Source: an uncultured Actinomycetes bacterium
Lineage (GTDB): Bacteria > Chloroflexota > Dormibacteria > Aeolococcales > Aeolococcaceae
NCBI GenBank assembly: GCA_964618935.1
Contig: CAZUDL010000006.1
Span: 71,874 to 135,873 of the forward strand
DNA length: 64,000 bases
Direction: 5' to 3'
Shown piece by piece: positions 30,944-41,560 of this stretch; positions within the stretch are counted from its first letter, which is position 1, and each line of letters opens with the position of its first letter. Under the pieces are notes generated by a model, which was given only the letters and a program-made list of their open reading frames with translations, was not told the DNA's origin and did no database searches. The position numbers and the translations under genes are program-made.

Positions 30944-31909
30944 CTACGCGGACGGCTCCTCCAGCACGCCGGCGAAGAGGGCGTCGAGGTACGCCCTCGG
31001 CTCGAAGACGTTGAGGTCGTCGATGCCCTCCCCGAGGCCGACCAGCTTGACGGGGACGCCGAGGTCCTCCTCGATGGCGAGGACGGTGCCGCCCCGCGAG
31101 CTGCCGTCCAGCTTGGTGAGCACGATCCCGGTGAGCTTCAGCGCCTGGTCGAAGACGCGGGCCTGGGTGATGGCGTTCATCCCCGTCGGCGCGTCGATGA
31201 CGAGCAGCACCTCGTTGGGCGCCTCGGGGATGAGGCGCTGCACCACGTTGCGGATCTTGGCCAGCTCCGCCATGAGGTTGGTCTTGGTGTGGAGCCGCCC
31301 GGCCGTGTCCACCAGCACGCAGTCGATGCGGCGGGCCATGGCCGCCTGCAGGGCGTCGAAGACAACCGCCCCCGGGTCCGCCCCCGGCTGGTGGGCGACG
31401 ACGTCGCTGCCGCTGCGGTCCGCCCAGATCCGCATCTGCTCGATGGCGGCGGCCCGGAACGTGTCGGCGGCGGCGATCAGCGTGGTGCGGCCCTCCGCAT
31501 GCAGGCGGTGGGCGAGCTTGCCGACGGTGGTGGTCTTGCCGCTGCCGTTGACGCCGACCGCCAGCAGCACGGCGGGCACGCCCTCCAGGTCGAGGCGGCG
31601 GTCCCGCGCCTCGAGGACGTCGAGCATCTCGGCCTTGAGGGCTCGCAGGGCCTGCTCGGGAGTCGACAGCCTCTCGTCGCGAACCCTGGCCCGCAGCCGC
31701 TCCACCATCCGCTCCGAGATCACCGGGCCGCAGTCGGCGCCGACGAGGACCTGGAGCAGGTCCTCGTAGAAGGCGTCGTCCAGGTCCCGGCGCAGCAGGA
31801 CGGTGTCGCGGACCTGCTCGCTGAAGCTGAGCGAGGCGCGGTCCATGCGCCGCGACATGCGCCGCCACCACGCCTCCCGCCCCGGCCGGCGGCTCATCTC
31901 CTCGCTCAT
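30944..31909 (-). CDS. ftsY: signal recognition particle receptor FtsY
   Basis: LLAVGVNGSGKTTTVGKLA...DTAGRLHTK...TKLDGSSRGG. ATG overlaps smc stop (ATGA). Confidence 0.9.
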   Translation of the reverse strand: MSEEMSRRPGREAWWRRMSRRMDRASLSFSEQVRDTVLLRRDLDDAFYEDLLQVLVGADCGPVISERMVERLRARVRDERLSTPEQALRALKAEMLDVLEARDRRLDLEGVPAVLLAVGVNGSGKTTTVGKLAHRLHAEGRTTLIAAADTFRAAAIEQMRIWADRSGSDVVAHQPGADPGAVVFDALQAAMARRIDCVLVDTAGRLHTKTNLMAELAKIRNVVQRLIPEAPNEVLLVIDAPTGMNAITQARVFDQALKLTGIVLTKLDGSSRGGTVLAIEEDLGVPVKLVGLGEGIDDLNVFEPRAYLDALFAGVLEEPSA

Positions 31910-34900
31910 GAGGCGGCGCGGCGCAGCGGCGACCGGCCGGAGCCGATCGCGATGGCGCTCTCCTCGGCGCGCGCCGGAAGCCGCACGGACAGCACGGTGG
32001 TGACCCCCTCGCGGTCGATGGTCACACCGTAGAGCGCGTCCGCCACCGCCATGGTCATGTGGTTGTGGGTGACGACGAGGAACTGCTGGCGCTGCGCCAG
32101 CCGGGTGAGCAGGCGGGTGAAGCGCGCGACGTTGGCGTCGTCGAGGGCGGCGTCCACCTCGTCGAAGACGTAGAACGGCGACGGGTTGACGTGTTCGAGG
32201 GCGAAGATCACCGCCATCGCGGTGAGCGCCCGCTCCCCGCCGCTCAGATGGCTGAGGGGCTGGAGACGCTTCCCCGCCGGCTGGGCGAGGATCTCGATGC
32301 CGGGGAGCCGCTCGCCGTCGGGCGCCGCCTCGTCGCCGTCCCCGTCCGCTGCCGGCAGCTCGGCCTCCTGGAGGTGCAGCGTCGCCCGCCCCCCGGGGAA
32401 CAGCTCGCCGAACAGCCCGGCGAAGTGGACGCTGACGTCACCGAACACGGCGTCGAAGCGGCGTCCCGCCTCGACCCCCAGGCGGCGGGCGAGGTTGCGG
32501 ATCTCCCCGGCGGCGACGGCGAGGTCCTCGCGGTCGGCCCGCTGCCGGGCCACCCTCTCGGCGAGGGCCTGGTGCTGCTCCGGCGCCAGGGCGTTGACCG
32601 GGCCCATGGCGGCGATGCGCCGCTCCAGGCGGGTGATCTCCCGCTCCGCCCGTTCCGCCGCCGCCGCGTCCAGCTCCGGGGCGTCCTCGACCACCTCGCC
32701 GCGCACCGAGTCCGCCAGCTCGGCGACCCGCATCTCGGCGACGCCCACCTCGTCCCCGGCCGCGTTCACCTCGTCCTCGGCGCGGGCCAGGGCGACCCTC
32801 ACCTCGGACCGCTCCGACTCGGCGGCGGCGATCCCCGCCTCCAGCTCGCCCAGGGGGAGGCTGGCGCGGCGCAGCCGCTCTTCGGCCTGCGCCACCTGAC
32901 CGGCGGCCGAGAGGGCCACGGCGGAGGCGTCGCCGCTCCGCGCCAGGGCGGTCAGGACGTCGGTCTCGGCCGCCGCCACGCGCTCCTCCGCCTGGGCGAC
33001 CCGACCGCCCGCCTCGGCGCGCCGCCGCAGGCCGTCGGAGCGCAGGCGTTCCACGTCGTCGTGCTCCCGGCGCATCCCGGCGAGCTCCTCCCGCGCCGCG
33101 GCGAGCTGGCCCGCCAGCGAGGCCTCCCGGCCGTCGCGATCGGCCGCCTCCCGGCTCGCCCGCTCCCTGGCAGCCCGGACCTGCTCGGCCTGCTCCAGCC
33201 GCCGGGCCGCCTCCACCGCGGCGGCCGTGGCCGCCTCGAGGGCCCCGGCGGCGGCCTCCCGGCGGCGGCTCACCTCCGCCTCCAGCGAGGGGAGGCGCCT
33301 CTCCTCCGTCTCCAGAGCCGCCCGTGCCGACGCGGCGGGGGCGGCGGCCTCGGCGACCTCGCGGCGGCGGGCGCTGAGATCGGCCGCGGCGGCGGCCGCG
33401 GCGCCGTCCGCGACGGCCACCTCCTCCGACAGCCGCCGCACCTCGGCGTCGGCCCGGGCCTCCGCCTCGCCCGCGGCGTGCGCCGCCGCCCCGGCCTCGC
33501 GGGCGGCCTCCACCAGGCGGAGGGTGGCCCCGTGCCCGCCCCCGGCCCGGACTCCGGCCGCGGTGACGACGGTGCCGTCGGGGAGCACCGCCCGCCCGGC
33601 TCCGCCGGCGGCGACCCGTCGCGCCGCGGCCAGGTCGGGCACCATCCAGGTCGCGCCGAGGCAGTGGGCGGCGGCCCGGCCGGCCCCCGGCGACACCAGG
33701 ACGGCGGAGAGGGCGGGACGGGCCTCTCCCGCCTGCAGCGCCGGCGGCCGCGTCTCCGCGCCGCCGTCGCCGGCGAGGAACACCTCCTCGCGCAGATCGG
33801 CGGCGCGGAGGAACCCCAGGGCGAGGTCGAGGTCGCCGACGATCCAGGCGCCGAGATGCGGCTCCAGCGCCGCCTCGAGGGCCGCGGCGTCGGCGGGGTC
33901 GCGAACCCGCAGCGAATCGATGAGGCGGGTGGCCCCCAGCTCGGCGGCGTGGGCGGTGACGGACCCGCTGCCCCCCAGAGCGCCCTCCACCTGGCCCTGC
34001 AGGCTGGCGGCCCGGGCGATCGACTGGGCCGTCGCCTCCCGGGCGGCGAGGAGCCCCGCCTCCGCCCGCCGCAGCGCGGCGCGGGCCGCCTCCAGGGCGG
34101 CGGCGCCGTCCGCGGCAGCCTTCTCGGCACGGGACGCGACGGCCTCGGTCTCCCGCAGGCGCGCCTGGGCGTCATCGGCGATCGAGCGCAACCCGGCCAC
34201 CCGCCGTCCCGACTCCGCCAGCTCCTCGCTCTGGGAGCGCACCGCCTCCTCGAGCAGCGACGCCCGCGCCGCCGCCTCACGGCCGGCGGCCTGTGCGAGC
34301 GCCGCGGTCTCCCCCATGCGGGCCAGGTCGGCGTCCGCCGCGGCGAGCACGCGTCGCGCCTCCGCGGCATCGCCCGCGGCCGCGCCGCTGCGCGCCTCCA
34401 GCTCGGTGAGCGAGGCCTCCAGCCCCTCGAGGCGCCGCTGGACGTCGGCACCCGACCCGGCTAGGTCCACCAGCGCCCCGCCCGCCTCGCGCTCGTCGAG
34501 GAGCGCCCGGGCGAGGTCGAGGCGGGCGTCGGCCCGCCGCAGCACGCTGGTGGTGATGCGGTCACCGAACCGGCGCGTCTCGCCCCCGGCACGCTCGGCG
34601 GCAACGCGCGCCGCCTCCAGCTGCTGGGCCGCCAGCCGCTGGGCCGCACGCGCCCTCTCCAGGTTCTCGCGCTCGGCGTCGAGCCTCTCGGCATATCCGG
34701 AGTCGGCGAGCCGGGCGGCGTCGAGCCGGCGTTCGGCGGCGTCCAGGCGCCGCCGGGCCTGCTTGAGCTGCGCCCGCGCAGAGCGCCACTCCTCGCGGGT
34801 GAGGCTGCCCCGCAGCTCGCCGAGCCGCCCGGAGAGGCCGCGCAGCTCGAGTGCGGCCTCCGTCTCTGCGGCCAGCAGGCGGAGCCGCGGCTCGGTCTCC

Positions 34901-35487
34901 CCGAGCCGGTCGACCAGCCGCTGCACGGCGACATCGACGTGCTCCAGCCGGCGCAGGGCGTCGTCGCAGGCGACGCGCAGGGGGCGGACCCCGGCCGCCT
35001 GCTCGACCAGGCTGCGCCGCTGGCGCGGCGTCGCCTCGATGATCGCCTCGATGTCGTTCTGCGCGACGACGGCATAGCCGTGCTGGGTCAGCCCCGTCCC
35101 GCCGAGAAGGCGCTCGACGTCGCGGAGGCGGGCCCGATCCCCGTTGATCCTGTACTCGACCTCGCCGCCCCGCACCACGCGGCGGCTCACCGCCACCTCG
35201 GCGTCGTCGGCCGGAAGGCCGCCGTCCTCGTTGTCGAGGACCAGCTCGACCTCGGCCACCCCCATCCGCGGCCTGCCCTGGCCGCCGGCGAAGATGACCT
35301 CGTCGAGGCGGCTGCCGCGCAACTCCCTCGCGTTGGTCTCCCCCAGCGCCCAGCGGATGGCGTCGACGAGGTTGCTCTTGCCGCTGCCGTTGGGGCCCAC
35401 CACGCCGGTGATGCCCGGCTCGAAGCGGATCTCGCTGCGCAGCGCGAAGGTCTTGAACCCGCTGAGAACGACCCGGCGCAGCCTCAT
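31906..35487 (-). CDS. smc: chromosome segregation protein SMC
   Basis: [50 protein letters not shown]...long coiled coils...C-terminal [17 protein letters not shown]...[12 protein letters not shown]. Confidence 0.9.
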   Translation of the reverse strand: MRLRRVVLSGFKTFALRSEIRFEPGITGVVGPNGSGKSNLVDAIRWALGETNARELRGSRLDEVIFAGGQGRPRMGVAEVELVLDNEDGGLPADDAEVAVSRRVVRGGEVEYRINGDRARLRDVERLLGGTGLTQHGYAVVAQNDIEAIIEATPRQRRSLVEQAAGVRPLRVACDDALRRLEHVDVAVQRLVDRLGETEPRLRLLAAETEAALELRGLSGRLGELRGSLTREEWRSARAQLKQARRRLDAAERRLDAARLADSGYAERLDAERENLERARAAQRLAAQQLEAARVAAERAGGETRRFGDRITTSVLRRADARLDLARALLDEREAGGALVDLAGSGADVQRRLEGLEASLTELEARSGAAAGDAAEARRVLAAADADLARMGETAALAQAAGREAAARASLLEEAVRSQSEELAESGRRVAGLRSIADDAQARLRETEAVASRAEKAAADGAAALEAARAALRRAEAGLLAAREATAQSIARAASLQGQVEGALGGSGSVTAHAAELGATRLIDSLRVRDPADAAALEAALEPHLGAWIVGDLDLALGFLRAADLREEVFLAGDGGAETRPPALQAGEARPALSAVLVSPGAGRAAAHCLGATWMVPDLAAARRVAAGGAGRAVLPDGTVVTAAGVRAGGGHGATLRLVEAAREAGAAAHAAGEAEARADAEVRRLSEEVAVADGAAAAAAADLSARRREVAEAAAPAASARAALETEERRLPSLEAEVSRRREAAAGALEAATAAAVEAARRLEQAEQVRAARERASREAADRDGREASLAGQLAAAREELAGMRREHDDVERLRSDGLRRRAEAGGRVAQAEERVAAAETDVLTALARSGDASAVALSAAGQVAQAEERLRRASLPLGELEAGIAAAESERSEVRVALARAEDEVNAAGDEVGVAEMRVAELADSVRGEVVEDAPELDAAAAERAEREITRLERRIAAMGPVNALAPEQHQALAERVARQRADREDLAVAAGEIRNLARRLGVEAGRRFDAVFGDVSVHFAGLFGELFPGGRATLHLQEAELPAADGDGDEAAPDGERLPGIEILAQPAGKRLQPLSHLSGGERALTAMAVIFALEHVNPSPFYVFDEVDAALDDANVARFTRLLTRLAQRQQFLVVTHNHMTMAVADALYGVTIDREGVTTVLSVRLPARAEESAIAIGSGRSPLRRAAS

Positions 35488-35572
35488 CCGCCGGATTCTC
35501 CCTGCAGGCTCAGCTCGGCGTCAACATCTGGGGTCGGCGCCGGGCCGGCACCACAAGATGTCGGGGCCGCGA

Positions 35573-36646
35573 TCACGTCGGCGGCGTGGACGAAGGAGAG
35601 GGGCGGTGGCGGCCGCGCCCGCCGCGATGACCCCGGCGGGTGTGCTTGCGGACCTCCGGCTCGGGCTCGGGCTCGGGCGCCGGCTCCGGCTCGGGACGGC
35701 GGCCGGTGATGACGCGGAGCATGCCGAGGAGGCCGCGGCGCGGCTTCCCCGGCGCGGCCGGCGCCGCGGCGGCCGCGGACCGGCCCGGGGACGCGCTGCG
35801 ATCGGCGGCGACCTCGGCGACACGGCGCCGCACCCTGACCGACTCGGCGGCGGGGGCGTGCGGAGGCGCCGGCCGGGCCCGGGCGGCGGCGTGGGCGGGG
35901 ACGGGGACGGCGGGGGCGGAGACGCCCAGGCGCTCCAGGGCCTGGCTGGCGGCGGCCTGCTCGGCCGCCTGCTTGGTGCCGCCGCGGCCCTCGCCGACGA
36001 CACGGCCGCCCACCACCGCCTCGGCCCGGTACTCGCGCCGGTGTCCGGGGCCGCCGACGGCGGCGACGCGGTAGCCGGGGGTCGAGTTGAAGCGCTCCTG
36101 GGCGAGCTCCTGGAGCTTGCCCTTGTGGTTCTCGTCGCTCCACTCGTCGAGGTCGCCGATGCTCTGCAGGAAGACGCGGGTGGCGACCCGGTATCCCTGG
36201 TCGAGGAAGATGGCGCCGATCATCGCCTCGAAGCTGTTGGCGAGAAGCGACGGCAGCTGCCGCGCGCCGGTCTTGGCCGCGCCCTTGCCGAGCAGGAGGG
36301 TGTCGCCCAGCCCCAGGCGCTCCGCCAGCTTGGCGAGCGAGAGGGTGTTGACGAGGGCGGCGCGCAGCTGGGTCAGCTGGCCCTCGTCGTGGCCGGGGAA
36401 GCGTTTGAAGAGGTTCTCCCCGGCGACCAGCTCGAGGACCGCGTCGCCCAGGTACTCCAGGCGCTCGTTGTCGTGGCCGGGCCCGGCGGGTGCCCCCCGC
36501 TCGTTGTTCCACGAGGCGTGGGTCATCGCCTCGCGCAGCAGGGAGGGGCGGCGGAAGGTGATGCTCAGGCGGGCGGCGAGGTCGTCGAGCCGCCGCTGCT
36601 CCGCCGCCGTCAGCTCCGGCTGGCGGAAGCTCTCGAAGGCGGACAT
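35573..36646 (-). CDS. rnc: ribonuclease III with basic low-complexity C-terminal tail (start uncertain, may lie upstream)
   Basis: [46 protein letters not shown]...[14 protein letters not shown] (RNase III signature)...dsRBD...[14 protein letters not shown] tail. The ORF continues in-frame upstream to 37723 as a Pro/Ala-rich sequence. Confidence 0.7.
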   Translation of the reverse strand: MSAFESFRQPELTAAEQRRLDDLAARLSITFRRPSLLREAMTHASWNNERGAPAGPGHDNERLEYLGDAVLELVAGENLFKRFPGHDEGQLTQLRAALVNTLSLAKLAERLGLGDTLLLGKGAAKTGARQLPSLLANSFEAMIGAIFLDQGYRVATRVFLQSIGDLDEWSDENHKGKLQELAQERFNSTPGYRVAAVGGPGHRREYRAEAVVGGRVVGEGRGGTKQAAEQAAASQALERLGVSAPAVPVPAHAAARARPAPPHAPAAESVRVRRRVAEVAADRSASPGRSAAAAAPAAPGKPRRGLLGMLRVITGRRPEPEPAPEPEPEPEVRKHTRRGHRGGRGRHRPSPSSTPPT

Positions 36647-37194
36647 CTCGGAGGGGGGCGCGTCGTCGGCCTGCCCCTCGGCGATGGCCGCCTCCCGCGC
36701 CGGCGGCACCCCGGGCAGGGGCTCCATCGCCTGCGGCTCGGAGGCCGGTGCCTTGTGCGAGCGCCCCCGGCTGCGATGCCGCCGGGCGGCCGCCGCCGGG
36801 GCCGCCGCCTCGACGCTCGGGGAGGGTGCGGGCGCGAGAGCCGCAGCCGGCGGCTCGGCGGGGGCGGGGACCGCGGGCGCGGCACCGGGGAGCACCCGCT
36901 CCGCGGCGTCCTCGGGCGACGTCGCCGCCGCCCTGGGGCGGCGCGACCGGCTGCGGCGGCGGCGCGGCACCGCCCCCGGGGAGGGCTCCATCGGGTCGGC
37001 CACCGCCGGCTCCGCCTCGGGGACGGAGACGATGACCGGCAGGGGGACCCAGACCGGCTCGGAGGGATCGGCCCAGCCCGACGGGGCGGCGGCCGCGGGC
37101 GGGGCGGTCGGCGTGCCCGTCGCGGAGGCGGACGGAGGTTCAGCGGGGGCGACGGCCCCCGGGACGGCGACCTCGTCCGGCGGCGGAGCGGCGG

Positions 37195-37443
37195 CTAGCT
37201 GGCCGCTCCGCTCTTCTCCTGGATGTACTCCCACGCCTGGGACACGGTCCCGATCCTCTCCGCGTCCTCGTCGCTGATCTCCATCTGGTACTCCTCCTCG
37301 AAGGCCATGATCAGCTCCACGAGGTCGAGCGAGTCCGCGTTGAGATCCTCGACGAACGACGCCTCCGGCGTCACCTGGTCCGGCTCCACGCCGAGTTGCT
37401 CGGCGACGATCGTCTTGAACCGGTCGAACGTCACGTCTGGCAT
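37195..37443 (-). CDS. acpP: acyl carrier protein
   Basis: [56 protein letters not shown] phosphopantetheine site. Confidence 0.9.
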   Translation of the reverse strand: MPDVTFDRFKTIVAEQLGVEPDQVTPEASFVEDLNADSLDLVELIMAFEEEYQMEISDEDAERIGTVSQAWEYIQEKSGAAS

Positions 37444-37765
37444 CAGTCGTCAGTCCTTCTGTGTCGTCGGCGTGAGCCGCTTGGGATTGGTGGGGAACGA
37501 TAGCGTTGGGAGGGGGGTTGTCGCCAGTGGGCGAACCGGCGGGGGGTGGGCGGAAGGCGTAGAGACCCGACGCGCCGTCGAGGGGGGTGGCGGGGGTGAC
37601 CTCCTGAATTGAGGCGGCGGGAGCGGGGGCCTCCGCCGGATGGGCCGCGGTCGCGGGGCGGCGGCGGCGCGCCGAGCTCGGCGACCCGGCCGGCCCGGCG
37701 TGCTCGGCTGGAATATCGGGCACGATGTCCTCTGATCTTAACGGGGGATGGGCGTCCCCCGGCCG

Positions 37766-38539
37766 CTAAGCCCCCATTCCACCGTCGATCTGGAGGACGC
37801 AGCCGGAGATGTAACCGGCCTCGGGGAGGGCGAGGAAACGGATGGCGGCGGCCACGTCCTCGACCTTCCCCACCCGGCCGAGGGGGATGGCGGCGAGAGC
37901 CGACGACAGCACCTTGTCGCCCAGCGCCGCCGTCATGTCGGTGTCGATGAACCCGGGGGCCACGGCGTTGACGGTGATCCCCCGCGAGCCGACCTCGCGG
38001 CACAGGCTCTTGGTGAGCCCGATGAGCCCGGCCTTTGCGGCTGAGTAGTTGGCCTGGCCCGGGTTGCCGATGACCCCGGCGATGCTGCTCACGTTGATGA
38101 TGCGGCCGGAGCGCTGGCGCAGCATCGGCCGCAGCGCCGCGCGGCACACGTGGAAGGCGGCGGAGAGGTCGATGGCGATGACCAGGTCCCATTCGGCGTT
38201 GGTCATCCGCACGGCGAGGTTGTCGCGGGCGATGCCGGCGTTGTTGACGACGATGTCGATGCGCCCGAGCTGCTCCACGGTGGCATCGACCATGCCCTGC
38301 GCCGCGGCGGGGTCGGCGATGTCGGCGTCGAGGCTGACCGCGCGGACTCCGAGGGCGCGCGCCTCCTCGGCGGTCTCCTCGGCGATGCCGGGGTGGCCGG
38401 CGCGCGCATCGGCGGGCGCGGAGTAGCTGAGGGCGACGTCGGCGCCGGATCGGGCGAGGGCGAGGACGGTGGCCCGGCCGATGCCCTTGGACCCACCGGT
38501 GACCAGGGCGACCTTGCCGGCGAGCGCGGCCTCAAACAC
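37766..38539 (-). CDS. fabG: 3-oxoacyl-[ACP] reductase FabG
   Basis: GKVALVTGGSKGIGRA...NNAGI...SSIAGVIGNPGQANYSAAKAGLIG (YxxxK). Start taken at internal GTG (MFEAALAGK). Confidence 0.85.
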   Translation of the reverse strand: MFEAALAGKVALVTGGSKGIGRATVLALARSGADVALSYSAPADARAGHPGIAEETAEEARALGVRAVSLDADIADPAAAQGMVDATVEQLGRIDIVVNNAGIARDNLAVRMTNAEWDLVIAIDLSAAFHVCRAALRPMLRQRSGRIINVSSIAGVIGNPGQANYSAAKAGLIGLTKSLCREVGSRGITVNAVAPGFIDTDMTAALGDKVLSSALAAIPLGRVGKVEDVAAAIRFLALPEAGYISGCVLQIDGGMGA

Positions 38540-38626
38540 GGGTGCCTGCCGGCGGGCGCGGGGCACGTGCTGGGGGCGCCTGGAACACGGACCGTAGAGT
38601 ACTCGACGGACGGTCCCCGGGTCCGC

Positions 38627-39550
38627 TCATTCGCCCCCCTCGGCCGCCAGGCGGCCGGCGAGATCCGCGGCCGCGCTCAGCGAATCCACGCAGAGGGCCG
38701 GGATGCCCGGCGCGGCCCGCCGGGCGAGCCCGGTGAGGACGGCCCCGGGGCCGACCTCGACCAGGGCCTGGACGCCCATCTCCACCATCCGCCGCACCGA
38801 GGCCTCCCATTGCACGGGAGACCCCATCTGCCGCCGCATCCGGTCGCGCAGGATCTCCACGTCGGTGACGGGATCCGCGCCGACGTTGGTCACCACGGGC
38901 ACCCGCGGCGCCCGCAGGGGCGCGGCGTCCATCGCCCTGGCGAAGGCGGCGGCGGCATCCGCCATCAGCGGGGAATGGAAGGCGCCGCCGACCCTGAGCG
39001 GCACGACGCGCCGCGCGCCGGCGGTGCGGGCCAGGTCGCCGGCGGCGGCCACGGCGTCCTCGGTGCCGCTGATCACCACCTGCCCGGGGGCGTTGAGGTT
39101 GGCGACCACGACGGTCCCGTCCACCCGCTCGCACAGCCGGGCCAGCTCCACCGCGTCCAGGCCGAGGACGGCGGCCATCGTCCCCTGGGTCATCGCCGCC
39201 ATGAGGCGGCTGCGCTCGATGACCAGGCGCAGCGCGTCCTCCGGCGCGAGCGCGCCGGCGGCGGCGCAGGCGGCGAACTCCCCGACCGAGTGGCCGGCGA
39301 CGACCACCACGTCGAGACGGCTCGGCAGCGCCGCCGCCAGCACCATCTCGGTGAGCACCAGCGCCGGCTGGGCGATCTCGGTGCGCCGCAGCGCCGCGTC
39401 GTCGTCGCCTCCCCAGGCCGGGGCGAGGTCGACGCCCGCGGCGGCCGCGACGGCTCGCAGACGCCCGCCCAGGTCGGTGCCGTCGAGACCGGCGGCCATC
39501 CCCGGCGTCTGGCTCCCCTGACCGGGGAAGCAGAGTGCGATGCGCAGCAC
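38627..39550 (-). CDS. fabD: malonyl-CoA:ACP transacylase FabD
   Basis: ALCFPGQGSQTPGM...AGHSVGEFAACAAAGAL (GHSxG)...GAFHSPLM. GTG start (MLRIALCFPGQGSQ). Confidence 0.85.
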   Translation of the reverse strand: MLRIALCFPGQGSQTPGMAAGLDGTDLGGRLRAVAAAAGVDLAPAWGGDDDAALRRTEIAQPALVLTEMVLAAALPSRLDVVVVAGHSVGEFAACAAAGALAPEDALRLVIERSRLMAAMTQGTMAAVLGLDAVELARLCERVDGTVVVANLNAPGQVVISGTEDAVAAAGDLARTAGARRVVPLRVGGAFHSPLMADAAAAFARAMDAAPLRAPRVPVVTNVGADPVTDVEILRDRMRRQMGSPVQWEASVRRMVEMGVQALVEVGPGAVLTGLARRAAPGIPALCVDSLSAAADLAGRLAAEGGE

Positions 39551-39591
39551 GGCCAGGCGGGCGACCGTCCCGAGAGCAGGCGGATCGCCGC

Positions 39592-39768
39592 CTACTCGGT
39601 GGCGATCACCTCGCGGCCGTCGTAGTGGCCGCAGTTGGGGCAGACCCGGTGCGGCAGCCGCGGCTGCTTGCACTGCGGGCACGGGTTGAGCGTGGGCAGC
39701 TGCAGCGCATGGTGGGCGCGCCGCGTGTCACGGCGGCGGCTCGACACCCGTTGCTTTGGAAGGGGCAT
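39592..39768 (-). CDS. rpmF: 50S ribosomal protein L32
   Basis: MPLPKQRVSSRRRDTRRAHHALQLP...CPQCKQPRLPHRVCPNCGHY. ATG with GGAG Shine-Dalgarno verified. Confidence 0.85.
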   Translation of the reverse strand: MPLPKQRVSSRRRDTRRAHHALQLPTLNPCPQCKQPRLPHRVCPNCGHYDGREVIATE

Positions 39769-39880
39769 GACGTCTCCACTGAAGGACGAGGCCGCGCGGC
39801 CGGAGGCGCGCCGCGACCGGGCCGCAGTATACGGGATCGGCGCCGACATGACGGCGGGGGCCCGCCCGGGAGACGGACTG

Positions 39881-40471
39881 TCAGCGGCGGCGCGGCGGCG
39901 GGGTCAGCGCCTTGAGACCGCGCCGGACGGTGGTCGTCGCCTTGACGAGCTGCTCCTCGAGACCGGTCATGACGGCTCGGACGTACTCGTCCGCCTCGGC
40001 CGCCACGCGCTGGGCGCGCTCCTCCGCCTCGCGCAACAGCACCGCCGATCGCTCCGCCGCGATCGCCGCCACGGCGTCCGCGGAGACGAGCTGCTCGGCC
40101 TGTGCGTGCGCCTCGTCGAGGAGGCGCCGGATCTCCGCCTGGGCCTGGGCGCGCAGCGCCGCCACCTGCGCCCGACCCTCCTCGACCAGGTGCCGCGCCT
40201 GCTCCTGGGCCTCCTCGCGGAGCTGGGCCGCCTGCTCCTCGGTCCCCACCAGGATCCGCTCCCGCTCGTCGAGGAGATCGCGGGCCTCCACCAGCTCATC
40301 GGGCAGCGAGGTCCGGATCCGGTCGAGGAGATCGGTCAGCTCCGCGTCGTTGACGACGACGTTGCCGCTGAAGGGGACGCGGCGGGCGTCCCCGACGAGG
40401 GCGTCCACGGCGTCGAGCACGTCGAGGACGGAGGGCACCCCCACCCCCTCGGAGCCGGTCGGGTCGCTCAC
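39881..40471 (-). CDS. hypothetical coiled-coil protein (between coaD and rpmF; not the usual YceD/DUF177)
   Basis: Ala/Glu/Gln/Arg-rich heptad-like region LREEAQEQARHLVEEGRAQVAALRAQAQAEIRRLLDEAHAQAEQL. No Cys, so not DUF177. Confidence 0.45.
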   Translation of the reverse strand: MSDPTGSEGVGVPSVLDVLDAVDALVGDARRVPFSGNVVVNDAELTDLLDRIRTSLPDELVEARDLLDERERILVGTEEQAAQLREEAQEQARHLVEEGRAQVAALRAQAQAEIRRLLDEAHAQAEQLVSADAVAAIAAERSAVLLREAEERAQRVAAEADEYVRAVMTGLEEQLVKATTTVRRGLKALTPPPRRR

Positions 40472-40962
40472 CTGGGCTCGCCGAAACGACGGCGGATGGC
40501 CTCCGCCGTGGCCGGAGGCACCAGCTCGGTGATGTCCCCGCCCAGCCGGCCGATCTGCTTCACCATCGACGAGGACATGAAGATGTTCTCCGCCGACGTC
40601 ATGAGGAAGACGGTGTGGATGCCGGGGCTGAGGCGGCGGTTCATCAGCGCCATCTGCAGCTCGGTCTCGAAGTCGCTGAGGGCGCGGAGGCCGCGGACGA
40701 TGGCGATGGCGCCCACCGCCTCGGCGTGGTGCACGGTGAGCCCCTGGAAGGTGTCGACGGTGACGCTGCCGTCGAGGCTGGCGACGGCGGAGCGGATCAT
40801 ATCCAGCCTCTCCTCCACCGTGAAGAGCGGCTCCTTGGCCGGATTGCGCAGCACCGACACCACGACGCGGTCGAAGATCGCCGTCGCCCGCTCCAGGATG
40901 TCGAGGTGGCCGAGCGTGATGGGGTCGAAGCTCCCCGGGTAGAGGGCCACACGCTCGCTCAT
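40468..40962 (-). CDS. coaD: phosphopantetheine adenylyltransferase
   Basis: MSERVALYPGSFDPITLGHLDILERA...ISSS. ATG overlaps rsmD stop (ATGA). The upstream part of ORF 40468..41256 is an artefact. Confidence 0.9.
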   Translation of the reverse strand: MSERVALYPGSFDPITLGHLDILERATAIFDRVVVSVLRNPAKEPLFTVEERLDMIRSAVASLDGSVTVDTFQGLTVHHAEAVGAIAIVRGLRALSDFETELQMALMNRRLSPGIHTVFLMTSAENIFMSSSMVKQIGRLGGDITELVPPATAEAIRRRFGEPR

Positions 40963-41540
40963 GGGTTTGTCTTCTCTCGGTCCTGGGGTCGGTACATCGT
41001 CAGATCGGTGAGGCCGTAATGGGCCGTCCGCACCGCGGCCATCGTCCCCAGGGTGTCGGGCATCGGCCGTGCGCGGTGATGTTCGCACACGATGAGAGGC
41101 GGTGCCAGGTCGCCGAGGACCTGCAGTGCCGCCAGCATCTCGTCGTCCTGGTAGGGCGCGTCCACGTAGCACACGTCCGCCTCCACCGCCGCGGTGGGCC
41201 GGCGGCGCAGCCAGGGCACGGCGTCGGCCGCCACCAGCTCCACGCGGTCCCGGCACCCGAAGCTGTCGGCGTTGACGCCGATGACGCGAAGGCTCTCCCG
41301 TCCCCGGTCCACGAAGGTCACCCGGGAGGCGCCGCGGCTCAGCGCCTCGAAGCCCACCGACCCGGCGCCGGCGTAGAGGTCGAGAAAGCGGGCGCCCGCC
41401 ACCTCACCGCCGAGGATGTTGAAGAGCGCTTGGCGGACCATGCCGCGGGTCGGCCGCAACACGTCGAGCCCCCTGGGCGTGGCGATGCGCCGGCCCCTCC
41501 AGTCGCCCCCGGTGATCCTCGTCTCCGCCAGCTTCGCCAT
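40959..41540 (-). CDS. rsmD: 16S rRNA (guanine966-N2)-methyltransferase RsmD
   Basis: FLDLYAGAGSVGFEALSRGASRVTFVD...VDAPY (DPPY-like) methyltransferase motifs. Confidence 0.85.
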   Translation of the reverse strand: MAKLAETRITGGDWRGRRIATPRGLDVLRPTRGMVRQALFNILGGEVAGARFLDLYAGAGSVGFEALSRGASRVTFVDRGRESLRVIGVNADSFGCRDRVELVAADAVPWLRRRPTAAVEADVCYVDAPYQDDEMLAALQVLGDLAPPLIVCEHHRARPMPDTLGTMAAVRTAHYGLTDLTMYRPQDREKTNP

Positions 41541-41560
41541 CCGCCGCTCCCGCCGCCCGC

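Noticed and set aside
35573-37723. full 716-aa reading of the rnc ORF
   Set aside because: The upstream 176 codons overlap acpP, a highly conserved gene in another frame. The real start must be downstream of 37195, so only 35573-36646 is called with confidence.
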